Assembly: GCA_963783375.1 (NCBI GenBank) | Contig: CAWANH010000028.1 | Location: forward strand, 1,568,001-1,632,000 | Source of the DNA: Candidatus Eiseniibacteriota bacterium | GTDB lineage: Bacteria; Eisenbacteria; RBG-16-71-46; JABDJR01 | Direction: 5' to 3' | DNA length: 64,000 bases | Shown: in pieces, positions 16,062-26,410 of the stretch | Layout: the number at the start of each line of letters is the position of its first letter | How positions within the stretch are numbered: the first letter of the stretch is position 1 | Position numbers and translations under genes: made by a program | The notes under the pieces: model-generated | Databases searched by the model: none | What the model saw: the letters and a program-made list of their open reading frames with translations, nothing else | Told to the model about the DNA's origin: nothing

Positions 16062-18951
16062 TCAGTTGCCCCGCTTGAGCTGCGGGTAGTCCTGGTCCGG
16101 TTCCCACTTCGGGCGTACGTCGTCGCGCCACTGGGGCTTGTCGCCCCGCGGCCAGAGCCTCCAGGCGGTCTCGGTGAGGCCGACCAGCTCCTCCACGTCC
16201 TCGCGCCCACCCAGCTCGCGCCCGGCTTCCTTGGCCAGGCCGACCACGCCGGCCAGGTCCCCGTCCTTGGCCCAGTAGGAGTGGCGGAGGATCTCCGCGA
16301 ACTCCGCCGCCGCCGCGTCCATGCGGAAGGTCGGGTCGGCGTCGCGAAGCCGCCGCTCCACCTCGGAGAGCCGGAGGCCCCGCACCTCCTCGGTCACCTT
16401 GCCGGTCTCGGGATCCTCGTAGCGGATCCGGACCGTGGCCAGGTCGCGGGTGCGTGGGTTCTTCTCCAGCTTCACCTCGAAGAGCGCGGTCACCTCGTGG
16501 CCGGCGCCGACTTCCCCCGCGTCCACCTTGTCGTTCCGGAAATCCTTGTCGGCCACGTCGCGGTTCTCGTAGCCCAGGAGCCGGTAGCGGCGGACGGTGC
16601 CGGGGTCGAACTCGACCTGGATCTTCACCTGGCGGGCGATGGTCTGGAGCGTCCCGGTCAGGTTCTCCACGAACACGCGCCGGGCCTCGCGGATGTCGTC
16701 CACGTAGTAGTAGTTCCCATCCCCCTGGTCGGCCAGCTGCTCCATGAGAACGTCGTTGTAGTTCCCCATGCCGAAGCCGACCGCGGTCAGCTCGATCCCC
16801 TTCCGGGCCTCGGCCTTGATCTCGGCGAGGATGGTCCCGGCGCCGGTGTTGCCCACGTTGGCCACCCCGTCCGAGCAGAGGATCACCCGGTTGATGGCCC
16901 CACGCCGGAAGGCCCGGTCGGCCATGGCGTAGCCCTGGCGAAGTCCGGCCTCGGCGTTGGTGGCGCCCTCGGGGTGGAGCCCGTCGATGGCCCACTCGAT
17001 CCGCTCGCGGTGAGCGGAGCGAGGTGGGTTCGATCACGGTGCGGGCGTCGGTCCCGTACACCACGATCCCCACCTCGTCGCCGGAGTTCATCTGGTCGAG
17101 CAGGAGATGAAGGGCCCGCTTGGCCAGCCCCAGCCGGTTCTCGCGCCCCATCGATCCCGAGACGTCGATCACGAAGGTCAAGACCGCGGGCTTCCGGTCG
17201 CGGACGTCCACCTCGCGCCCCTTAAGCCCCACCCGCATCAGGGTGAGCCCGGGCCCGAAGGGGGAGGGTGCCGCCTCGAGGTGGATGGCGAAGGTGCCGT
17301 GCTCCGAGGGCGCCCCCGCCCGGTCGGCGAGGAAGTTGCGGTCCGGCGGCGCGTAGTCGTGGCGGAAGGAGTTCACGAACTCCTCCACCCGGATGGCGTC
17401 GGGCGGGGGCAGCTCGCCCCGCTCCAGGTAGGAGCGCGCCATGGAGTACGAGGCGTTGTCCACGTCCACCGCGAAGGTGGCGTAGCGGTCGTCCTCGGGG
17501 TCCACGAAGGGGTTCACCCCGTAGTGCTGGAAGAACATGGAGTCGAAGGCCCGGCCGTTCACCGGGTCGGTGCCGCCCACCGAGATCGGCCAGCGGCCGT
17601 CGGGTGCCGGCGGTGCGCCCGGCCGGAAGCGGTTCGGAGGAACGTCGGCGATGTTGTACTGGACCTCGCCGGCCCGCCCCCCGCGGAAGTGCTTCTTGTC
17701 CGCATCGCTCGTCGCTCCCGACTTGAGCGAGGCGGACTTCTGGAACTCCTCCTCGGTCATGGGTCTCAGGGCGTCGCCCTCGGCGGTGCCGGCAGGTCCG
17801 ACCTCCTTCCGACTGAGATCCTTCGCGCCCACCATCACCGGCTCCATGGTGGCGGCCACGGTTTCCACCAGGGCGAACTTCACGCGAACCTCGCCGCCGC
17901 GGTCCACGCTCACCGTCCGATCCTGGGACGCATAGCCCAGGAAGCTGACCCGGAGGGTGACGTCACCGGCGGGCACGTTCTCGATCGTGAACTCGCCGCG
18001 GCTGTCGGTCATCGCTCCCAGCCTGGTCCCGAGGACCACCACGTTGGCGAACTGCAGGGCCTCACCCTGTTCGCTCGTGATCCGGCCGCGAACGGTGCCG
18101 GTCCCGACCCGCGCGGTGGAACGGGCCTCGGGAGCGGCGCCCCCCGCGCTCACCGGAGCCGGAGTCGGAGCCGGCAGCCCGCGGGCCTTCTCCGCGAAGC
18201 CGCTCGCCGGAGCCGGCGCGGCGCCGCCCTGGTTGTCCGCCAGGTCGCGCACCCGAAGCCGGGGCTTCTTGGCCTCGGCCGACTTCTCCTCTGCCCCCTT
18301 GTCCTTCGCCGCGCGGAGGCTCGCGGGCAGCGAGTCGTCCACCCGCGCGATCTCCGGCCTCACCGGCCGGGGAGGACGGACCTCCTGGCGGCGGTCGGGG
18401 GCCACGGCCACCTCGGGCCCCGCCTCATCGCTTTCCGGTGGCGGGGTGGAAATCCCGCCCTCGGCGGCCGCGGCCACCCCGGTCTTCTTCCTCGCATTTG
18501 AGCCCTCGGCGCTCCGGGCCGCCTCCGGCTTCGAACGCGACGACTCGACTCGTGATACCTCCGGGATGCTGTTTTGAACCTCGGACCGGCTCGCGTCCGC
18601 GGAAAGCGCGCCGTCGCCGCCCTTCGTCGCATCCGAAGGCAGCTTTCCGGGGGCGCCCGCGTCTGCCCGCTCCGGCTCGGCTGCGCTCGGAGCCTGCGCC
18701 ACGGGCAGGGACGATTCCGCCCGCGCCCGGTCCAGCCGTTCGGTCACCGCGCGATCGGCGGGGCCTCGGACGGCCAGGGCCACCGCCACCACCGCGGTCG
18801 CGGCCAGCGCCACCGCGGTTCCGGGCACGCGCCAGCGCCGCCACGCCGGCCGGTGCTTACGGGCGATCACTTCATCGTGGAGCGCGGCCCACACCCGACG
18901 GTCTTCGGCGTCGGTGAGCCGGTCCTGGTGCCGTTCGAATTGCTCTTTCAT
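16062..18951 (-). CDS. Membrane-anchored VWA protein (YfbK-like: carboxypeptidase-regulatory-like, plug-like, vWF_A, VWA, DUF3520); putative anti-sigma factor; frameshift near 17017
   Basis: N-terminal TM; GTVRGRI...GAMTDSRGEFTI; TFAVDVDNASY; MIDAS DVSGS; other frame continues AHRERIEWAIDGL...NRVILCSDG...YRLLGYENR...DAGEVGAGH. Confidence 0.88.
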
Positions 18952-19526
18952 AGCCTCTGCTCCTGCATGCGGGGGGAGGGAAGCGGGTCGGGGGCGGGCC
19001 CGAGGAGGGCGCGGAGGGCCTCGCGGGCCCGGAACGCGTGCACCCTCGCCGTCGCCTCGCTCACCCCCAGCGCCTCACCCACCTCGCGAAACGAATACCC
19101 CATCCATTCGTGGAGGAGGACCGCGCTCCGCTGTCGTTGCGGAAGCTTGGCCAAAGCCTGCCGCAGCCGGCGCCGCTGGTCGGGATCCGGCTGGGGAAGA
19201 CCCTGGTCGGGTACCGGGTCCCCCTCCAGGGTGTCGGTCTGCTTGAACCGCCCGAGGAACCTGCGCTTCCAGTCCCGGGCGCGGCGGAGGGCGATCCCCG
19301 CCAGCCACGCCTCCAGGCTGCCGTCGCCGCGGTAGCCGCCGATGCCTTTCACCGCGCTGGCATAGGTGTCCTGGAGCACGTCCAGGGCCTCGTCGCGGTT
19401 TCCGACGTGGTAGCTCACCAGGGCGAAGAGGCGTTCCCGGGTGGCGGTGTAGATCTCCCGCCAGGCGGCCTCGTTTCCCTCCGCCGCTCTTCGGGCAAGC
19501 TCGAGGTCGGGATGTGTTGCTTCCAT
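18948..19526 (-). CDS. ECF RNA polymerase sigma factor
   Basis: Region 2 EALDVLQDTY...WLAGIA; region 4 LAKLPQRQR...EVGEALGVSEATARV..FRAR; 4-bp overlap with the VWA gene. Confidence 0.93.
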   Translation of the reverse strand: MEATHPDLELARRAAEGNEAAWREIYTATRERLFALVSYHVGNRDEALDVLQDTYASAVKGIGGYRGDGSLEAWLAGIALRRARDWKRRFLGRFKQTDTLEGDPVPDQGLPQPDPDQRRRLRQALAKLPQRQRSAVLLHEWMGYSFREVGEALGVSEATARVHAFRAREALRALLGPAPDPLPSPRMQEQRL

Positions 19527-19614
19527 CTCGGTATCTCCGTCCGGCGCCGGCTCGACCCGGAGCTGACCGCTTCGGATCTGGTTCGCGCCTCGTTCCGGGC
19601 GTTCACCGGTAGAG

Positions 19615-19641
19615 TCGCCGGCGGGGGCCGATTCGTTTACA
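19615..19641 (-). promoter_or_regulatory. ECF-type, probably autoregulatory, promoter of the sigma gene
   Basis: TGTAAAC-N16-CGAC on the minus strand, like the AAC...CGwC ECF pattern (cf. B. subtilis SigX). Confidence 0.5.
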
Positions 19642-19906
19642 GGAGCTTCGCCTCTTCATACCCCGCCGGAGGGGGTCCCGGCGCCCGGAATCTCCATCCC
19701 ACCGGTAAGGCGTTGGGGTGGAAGGGATTGGCGGCCGACAAAAAGTGCCGCCGGGCGGCGGCATCCTGCCCCGCCGGGGCACAATCCCCTGGTTGGATAT
19801 CGGGGGCCTGTGGGACCATTTCGCCTCGGAGAGCGTTCGCGACCGAAGCCCGTCCACGGTCCGCCGCGCCCGGGCGGGCGCCTCACCCCAACTTCCGCGA
19901 GGCACC

Positions 19907-20518
<612 letters not shown>

Positions 20519-20602
20519 CGTGGACGCGGACCCGGAGGGCCTGGGCCGGGCACGACCGGCGCACCGGTGAGATTCAAAACCCGACAACGGAAACGGAGAC
20601 CC

Positions 20603-21280
20603 ATGGAAGAGAACACCTGGACCGCAGTGGACCGATACTTCGAAGACCTCCTGCTTCCCCCCGATTCCGCGCTCGCGAGCGCGGTCGAAGCCAGCGACGC
20701 CGCCGGGCTCCCGGCCATCCAGGTCTCGCCGGCCCAGGGGAAGTTCCTGTCGCTTCTGGCGCAGGCCTCCGGCGCGCGGTCCGTGCTGGAGATCGGCACC
20801 CTGGGCGGGTACAGCACGATCTGGCTGGCGCGGGGCCTCGCCCCCGGCGGGCGCGTGGTCACCCTGGAAATCGACGCCCGGCACGCCGAGGTGGCGCGGG
20901 CCAATTTCGACCGCGCCGGGCTCTCCGGTACGGTGGAGGTTCGCCTGGGACCGGCGGCGGACACCCTGGCCCGGATGGCGCGCGACGGGGAGGGCCCCTT
21001 CGACCTGGTCTTCATCGACGCCGACAAGCCGGGGTACCCGGAATACCTCGGCGGGGTCCTGAAGCTGGTCCGGCGCGGGAGCCTCATCGTGGCCGACAAC
21101 GTGGTCCGGAAAGGGGCGGTGGCCGATGGGGAGAGCGGGGACGCGAGCGTCGAGGCCGTGCGCCGGTACCTCGAGCTTCTGGCCGCCGAGCCCGGTCTCA
21201 GCACCACCGCGATCCAGACCGTGGGCCGGAAGGGCTACGACGGGTTTGCCATCAGCCGGGTCATCGCCGAGCCGGCATGA
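20603..21280 (+). CDS. O-methyltransferase (caffeoyl-CoA OMT/MdmC family)
   Basis: QGKFL, LEIGTLGGYSTIW, FIDADK, ADNV, KGYDGF. Confidence 0.92.
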   Translation: MEENTWTAVDRYFEDLLLPPDSALASAVEASDAAGLPAIQVSPAQGKFLSLLAQASGARSVLEIGTLGGYSTIWLARGLAPGGRVVTLEIDARHAEVARANFDRAGLSGTVEVRLGPAADTLARMARDGEGPFDLVFIDADKPGYPEYLGGVLKLVRRGSLIVADNVVRKGAVADGESGDASVEAVRRYLELLAAEPGLSTTAIQTVGRKGYDGFAISRVIAEPA

Positions 21281-22020
21281 ACGCCGCCGACCTGACCCTC
21301 GACCGGCTCTGGAAGGCGGAGGGCGCCCCGGAGCGCGAATCCGGGGGAACGTCCGACCTCCCGGAGCCCGCCCGCCGCTACCTCGAGCACGCTGTCGCCC
21401 CCGGCACGCCCTCCGCCACCGCGGTACGCCTTCGCATGCACGGGGAGATCAAGCTCGGGGGCTGGCTGCCGTTCCGGGCCGAAGAGGTCATCCACCGGAC
21501 CCGGGGAATGATCTGGAAGGCCTCGACCCGAATGAAGGGTCTCCCCGTCCGGGGGTCCGACCGGATTCTGGACGGCGAAGGGGCGCTCCGCTGGAAGCTC
21601 CTCGGGGTGATCCCCGTCATGACCGCGGCGGGGCCGGACGTGTCGCGGTCGACCGCGGGGCGGCTGGCGACGGAGTCGGTTTGGCTTCCATCCGTCTTCC
21701 GAGACCCCGGCATCGCCTGGTCGGCCTCGGATGGGGTTCACCCCAAAGCCCGCTTGACGGTGCAGGGACGCGAAACCGTGGTCACCCTGACCGTGGACGG
21801 CGAGGGGCGGCTCGAGGCCGTCGCCTCGCGCCGCTGGGGGAATCCCGAGGGCGCGGAGTTCCGGGAGGTGGACTTCGGCGGGTACGTGGAGGAGGAAGCC
21901 GCATTCGGCGGCTTCACCATTCCCACCCGGCTTCGGATCGGCTGGCACTTCGGATCGGCGCGATTCGAATCCGAGGGAGAGTTCTTCCGGGTGACGGTGG
22001 ACGAAGCGAGGTTCCGGTAG
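21277..22020 (+). CDS. Conserved hypothetical protein (DUF6544/DUF6920-like)
   Basis: LPEPARRYL, MHGEIKLGGW.PF.AE, LATESVWLPS, GFTIPT...GW; 4-bp overlap with the upstream gene. Confidence 0.7.
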   Translation: MNAADLTLDRLWKAEGAPERESGGTSDLPEPARRYLEHAVAPGTPSATAVRLRMHGEIKLGGWLPFRAEEVIHRTRGMIWKASTRMKGLPVRGSDRILDGEGALRWKLLGVIPVMTAAGPDVSRSTAGRLATESVWLPSVFRDPGIAWSASDGVHPKARLTVQGRETVVTLTVDGEGRLEAVASRRWGNPEGAEFREVDFGGYVEEEAAFGGFTIPTRLRIGWHFGSARFESEGEFFRVTVDEARFR

Positions 22021-22095
22021 CCGGCCCCGGCCCGAGGATCGAGTCGGTGGAGCGACGGACCCGGAAGCGCCGGAAGCCGGACTCGCGGCCGCGCC

Positions 22096-23208
22096 CTACG
22101 CCACCGCGACCTTCACGCAGTTGATCGGCGGGAGCGAGTCGAAGACGCACTCCCACCCCTCGCCGCCGTCGCGTCCCATCCAGAGCTGTCCGGTGGTGGT
22201 GCCGACATAGAGGGCGGGGGTGGGGAGCTCGTCGACGTCCATCGCGTCACGCAGCACGGTGAAGTAGCTCTCCTTCCGGGGGAATCCCTTGGCGAGCTTC
22301 TTCCAGGAGTCCCCGCCGTTCTCGCTCCGCCAGACCGCGGGCACGCCGCCGGGGCAGGTCCGGGTCATCGGCTCCAGCGGCAGCACGTAGACCGTGTCGG
22401 GGTCGTGGGGGTGAACCACGATGGGAAAGCCGAAGTCCGACGGCAGCCCCTTGGCGATGGAGCGCCACGACTTCCCGTGGTCGTCGCTCCGCAGCACCCC
22501 GATGTCGGGCCGGCGCCCGCCCGGCCCGTCCCACTCGCTCCAGCCTCCGTGGTTCTGCATGTACAGCCGGCCGGGGGCGTCCTTGTGCCCCGCGATCTTG
22601 TGCACGCACTGGCCGAACTCGGGGTACGGATCCGGGGAGAAACCGGCTCCCACCCCCCGGTTGGACGCTTCGAACGTCTTTCCGCCGTCCTCGCTCAGGT
22701 AGTGGCCGCCGGTCGAGATCCCGAGATGCACCCGGTCTCCGTCCCGGAGAATCGTGTGCATGCAGAGACCGCCGGCTCCCGGCTGCCACTTCCCGGCATG
22801 CGGGTGCTTGCTGATGCTCTCGACCATCTCCCAGGAGTCGCCGCCGTCGCCGCTCCGGAAGAGCGAGGCCGGCTCGACTCCGGCCCAGACTTCCTTCTTG
22901 CCCGGCCCCGGTTCCAGGGACCAGATATTGGCCAGGGCGCGTCCGTCGTCCTTCGGAAACGCCGGCGCCGACTTGGTTTCCTTGAACGTCTTTCCGAGAT
23001 CGCCGGAACGCAGAACCTTCATGCCGAAGAAGGGGTTGCAGCTGGAAGCGTAGATCCGCGGCTTCCCGCGGGTGTCGATGAGCGCCGAGTAGACCGGCAC
23101 CCCGGGCCCGAACGGCCCGCGGAGGGTGAACCTCCGTCGGGGCTTGGCCCCTTCCGCGATGAAGAGCCCCTTCTTGGTTCCGATGGCCAGGACGACGTGG
23201 TCGGGCAT
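22096..23208 (-). CDS. BNR/Asp-box beta-propeller protein (WD40/YVTN/sialidase-like), cytoplasmic
   Basis: GTKKGLF; repeated S.D.G.TW/F Asp boxes; WQPGAGGLCMH, GQCVHK, QNHGG, PSDFGFP; no signal peptide. Confidence 0.88.
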   Translation of the reverse strand: MPDHVVLAIGTKKGLFIAEGAKPRRRFTLRGPFGPGVPVYSALIDTRGKPRIYASSCNPFFGMKVLRSGDLGKTFKETKSAPAFPKDDGRALANIWSLEPGPGKKEVWAGVEPASLFRSGDGGDSWEMVESISKHPHAGKWQPGAGGLCMHTILRDGDRVHLGISTGGHYLSEDGGKTFEASNRGVGAGFSPDPYPEFGQCVHKIAGHKDAPGRLYMQNHGGWSEWDGPGGRRPDIGVLRSDDHGKSWRSIAKGLPSDFGFPIVVHPHDPDTVYVLPLEPMTRTCPGGVPAVWRSENGGDSWKKLAKGFPRKESYFTVLRDAMDVDELPTPALYVGTTTGQLWMGRDGGEGWECVFDSLPPINCVKVAVA

Positions 23209-23210
23209 GT

Positions 23211-23498
23211 TCAACCTCCTGAAACGGCGGGCACGATCAGAATCACATCGCCGGGGGAGAGCGCGGTGTCCAGCCCATCGAGATCGCGTACGTGGGTCTT
23301 GTTCACGAACAGGTTCAAGTGGCGGCGCACCGCGCCGGTCTCGTCGCAGACGTTGGGATAGAGCGCCGGATGGCTCACGGCGAGCCGCTCCAGGGCGGCG
23401 CCGACGGTCGGTGCGGACAGGGCCAGGTTCGAGGCCCCGCCGCTGTAGGAGCGCAACACCGTCGGAAGCCAAACCGTGATCGCCGCTGAGTCCACCAT
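23211..23498 (-). CDS. MoaD/ThiS family ubiquitin-like protein
   Basis: LPTVLR, HLNLFVN, GDVILIVPAVSGG-stop (C-terminal Gly-Gly). Confidence 0.92.
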   Translation of the reverse strand: MVDSAAITVWLPTVLRSYSGGASNLALSAPTVGAALERLAVSHPALYPNVCDETGAVRRHLNLFVNKTHVRDLDGLDTALSPGDVILIVPAVSGG

Positions 23499-23550
23499 GT
23501 GCGAATACGGACTCCGTAGAAGAGGAAAAAAACGACTGGTCGTGTCGGGA

Positions 23551-23579
23551 ATTGTACTCCACCCTCGAGGGGCGGTCCA
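23551..23579 (-). promoter_or_regulatory. Sigma70-like promoter for the MoaD/propeller pair
   Basis: TGGACC-17 bp-TACAAT on the minus strand. Confidence 0.45.
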
Positions 23580-23757
23580 CGATCACGGGGAAGCTCCTGC
23601 CCCCATTGGGGTAAGACGCCGAGGGCGGCCGTCCGAAGCCGAGCCATCCGGGGAGGTCCCGGTCGGGAGCCGGGAGGGCGCGCGTTTGGCTTCTGGGGTA
23701 AGATCGCCCCGGTTCGGGACGCCGTCGGCGCCGGTTTCCGTTCGCGTCGAGAGGGGG

Positions 23758-24180
23758 TTGGGGCTGCAACCGAGGATCGGCCGGTTTCATGGGTTCCCAG
23801 CAAAGGCGGCGGCCGCGCTGCTGCTCCTCGGGGCGTGCGCCGGGAAGAGTTCGCTCCCGGGGGCCTACGAGCTCCAGTCCTACTCCCCGGAGGGGCCCTA
23901 CGGGCAACCGGTGACCCGGGACGGGTTTTCGATCCGGCTTCTCCTCACTCCCGAGGCGGAGTTCTCCCTGACCGTTCACGACAACGACGGTACCGAGGTG
24001 ACCACCACCGGGTCCTACCAGGTCGAGGACCGCAGCCTGGTCCTGAGCGGGGACGACGATCGGGGGACCCTCCGCGTGAGCTACGTCGTGTCCCGGGACG
24101 GTCTCGTGCTCACCCTCCCTCGCGCGGAACTCGGGGTGTGGGGGATCGATGCGATCGCCTTGAACTTCAAGCGCCGGTAG
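23758..24180 (+). CDS. Hypothetical lipoprotein, lipocalin-like beta fold; start uncertain
   Basis: AAAALLLLGAC lipobox, LPGAYEL, TGSYQVEDRSLVL. Confidence 0.6.
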   Translation: MGLQPRIGRFHGFPAKAAAALLLLGACAGKSSLPGAYELQSYSPEGPYGQPVTRDGFSIRLLLTPEAEFSLTVHDNDGTEVTTTGSYQVEDRSLVLSGDDDRGTLRVSYVVSRDGLVLTLPRAELGVWGIDAIALNFKRR

Positions 24181-24252
24181 ATCCCGTCAACGTTGTAGCA
24201 GGCCCGATCCGTGCCCCCAGTCCCGCGGGGACGGGAAGGAGACACCCCGACG

Positions 24253-25041
24253 GTGAAATCCATCGCCCGCGCTCTCGTTCCCGAGGCCCACTGGAACTTC
24301 TTGAGCTGGCACCGCGACCGGTTCGGCGTTGCCGCCTCCCTCCGGAGCTATCTCCGGTACCTGGGCGGCGGCCGGGGCCTCGCCCGGGTCGCCGCCGGTC
24401 CCGCCGGCCCGGTCTACCTACGGCCGGGGACGTCGGACCAGAGCGTCTTCGACGAGGTTTTCGTCGGGAACGAGTACGCGGTGGAGGCGGGCGACCCGCG
24501 CTACATCCTCGACGCCGGCGCCCACATCGGCCTCGCTTCGGTGTACTTCGCCTCGCGGTACCCCAAGGCCACGGTGGTGGCGCTCGAGCCCGAGCCGTCG
24601 AACTTCGCGCTCCTGGTCCAAAACTGCGGCCGGTTCCCCTCCGTCCGCCCGGTCCAGGCCGCCCTCTGGTGCCGGCCGGCGACGCTCCGGGTGGAGAACC
24701 CGGAAGGGGCGACCTGGAGCTTTCGGGTTACCGAATCGCCGGACGGATCCGGGATCGAGGCGAAGGGGATCGAGGATCTCATGACCGCCCACGGGTTCCC
24801 GCGCATCGACGTCCTCAAGATGGACATCGAGGGCGCGGAAAGGGAAGTGCTCCGGGGATCGGATGCCTGGCTGGACAAGGTGGGTCTCCTCATCATCGAG
24901 CTCCACGACCGGTTCGCCCCGGGGTGCAGCGAAGCCCTGGACCGGGCGATCCGGGGGCGGGACTTCGAGCGGTCGGTGTCGGGGGAAAGTGTCGTGTTGA
25001 GGCGGCGGTCCCGGGCCCACGACGGGGGAGCGAAGCCGTGA
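24253..25041 (+). CDS. FkbM family methyltransferase
   Basis: LRPGTSD, ILDAGAHIG, LEPEPSNF, LKMDIEGAE, IELHDR. Confidence 0.92.
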   Translation: MKSIARALVPEAHWNFLSWHRDRFGVAASLRSYLRYLGGGRGLARVAAGPAGPVYLRPGTSDQSVFDEVFVGNEYAVEAGDPRYILDAGAHIGLASVYFASRYPKATVVALEPEPSNFALLVQNCGRFPSVRPVQAALWCRPATLRVENPEGATWSFRVTESPDGSGIEAKGIEDLMTAHGFPRIDVLKMDIEGAEREVLRGSDAWLDKVGLLIIELHDRFAPGCSEALDRAIRGRDFERSVSGESVVLRRRSRAHDGGAKP

Positions 25042-25805
25042 CCCGGATCGCGCTGACCCGCGCGGTCAGCCCGAGCCTCGCCCGCTGCGAGCTGACCCAC
25101 CTCGACCGGACCCCGATCGACGTGGAGCGAGCCTCGGCTCAGCACCGGGCCTACGAGGGGTTGCTGGAGGAACTGGGTTGCCGGCTGGTGCGCCCAGCCC
25201 CCGAGCCCGACCTACCCGACGCGGTGTTCGTGGAGGACACCGCGGTGGTTCTCGATGAGCTTGCGGTCATCACCCGGCCCGGTGCCGCGTCCCGGCGGGC
25301 GGAGACCGCGTCCGTGGCCTCCGCTCTGGCCGCCCATCGGGAGGTGGTGGCCATCGGCGAGCCGGCCACCCTGGACGGGGGGGACGTCCTGGTCGTGGGG
25401 CGGCGGGTGGTCGTAGGCCGCTCGACCCGCACCAACCGCGACGGCTTCGAAGCCCTCCGCGCGATCCTGGGCCCCCGCGGGTACACGGTCGCCGCCGCGG
25501 ATGTCGGCGGTTGCCTTCACCTGAAGTCGGCGATCACCCGGGTGGGGGAAGACACCATGCTCCTGAATCCCGAGTGGGTGGACCGGGCGGCGTTTCCCGG
25601 CGCCCGGTTCGTGGAGACCCACCCCGAGGAACCGGCGGCGGCCAACGCGCTCCTGGTGGGGGCGACGGTGGTCTTTCCCGAGGCCTTCCCCCGGACCCGG
25701 GAGCGCCTGGAGAGGGCGGGGATCGGGATCGCGCCGGTCGACGCCTCGGAGCTGGCCAAGGCCGAGGGCGGGGTGACCTGTTGCAGCCTGGTGTTCACGA
25801 CATGA
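25038..25805 (+). CDS. Dimethylarginine dimethylaminohydrolase family protein
   Basis: PDAVFVED, SRRAE, LDGGDV, RTN, LHLKS, EGGVTCCS (catalytic Cys). Confidence 0.92.
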   Translation: MTRIALTRAVSPSLARCELTHLDRTPIDVERASAQHRAYEGLLEELGCRLVRPAPEPDLPDAVFVEDTAVVLDELAVITRPGAASRRAETASVASALAAHREVVAIGEPATLDGGDVLVVGRRVVVGRSTRTNRDGFEALRAILGPRGYTVAAADVGGCLHLKSAITRVGEDTMLLNPEWVDRAAFPGARFVETHPEEPAAANALLVGATVVFPEAFPRTRERLERAGIGIAPVDASELAKAEGGVTCCSLVFTT

Positions 25806-26307
25806 GCGACACGGTGCGTTCCCTCGTCGCCGGGCTGGACCTCGCCCCTCATCCCGAGGGAGGGTTCTTCCGGGAGTTCCATCGCTCGAAGCGGAACGTG
25901 CTGCTTCCCGCCGAGCCGGGGAGCGCCGGGGGGAGCGGAGCGCGGGAACCGGCATCTACTACCTGCTGGGGGCGGGGGATTTCTCCGCCTTCCACCGGAT
26001 CGGCGGTTCGGACGAGATCTGGCACTTCTACGCCGGGGATCCCCTCGAGCTTCACCTGCTCCGAGCGGACGGCCGCCACGAGGTCCGGGTCCTTCACGGG
26101 AGCCTCCGCCTTGGAGAGCCGGCGGCGGTGGTGGAGGCGGGAACCTGGCAGGCCGCCCGTCCCCGAAAAGGCGGCCGGTACGCGCTGGTCGGCTGCACGG
26201 TGTCGCCGGGATTCGAGTACGCCGACCACGAAATGGCGGAGCGGGAGGACCTGGCCCGCCGGTTCCCGCGGCACGCCGCGCTCATCCGGGAATTCACCCG
26301 GCCTTGA
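25802..26307 (+). CDS. Cupin_5 (DUF985) protein, frameshift near 25930
   Basis: LAPHPEGGFFRE, then in another frame IYYLL..FSAFHRI..DEIWHFYAGDP...GCTVSPGFEY; G6 run at 25928-25933. Confidence 0.85.
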
Positions 26308-26410
26308 GCGGGGCGCGCGCGTCGGTCCATACTTGGGCGGCCCCAGACGGGCCGCGCGCGGAGTCCACGGGTTCGAATCGAGTCGACTCATCCCGAAGGA
26401 GGAAGATCCG

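Noticed and set aside
15913-18951. 1012-aa protein with an Arg-rich C-terminus plus a separate 287-aa ORF
   Set aside because: One VWA/YfbK gene split by a single extra base near 17017
26360-26395. tRNA suggested by gggttcgaatc
   Set aside because: No acceptor stem, D-arm or anticodon arm around the T-loop-like word
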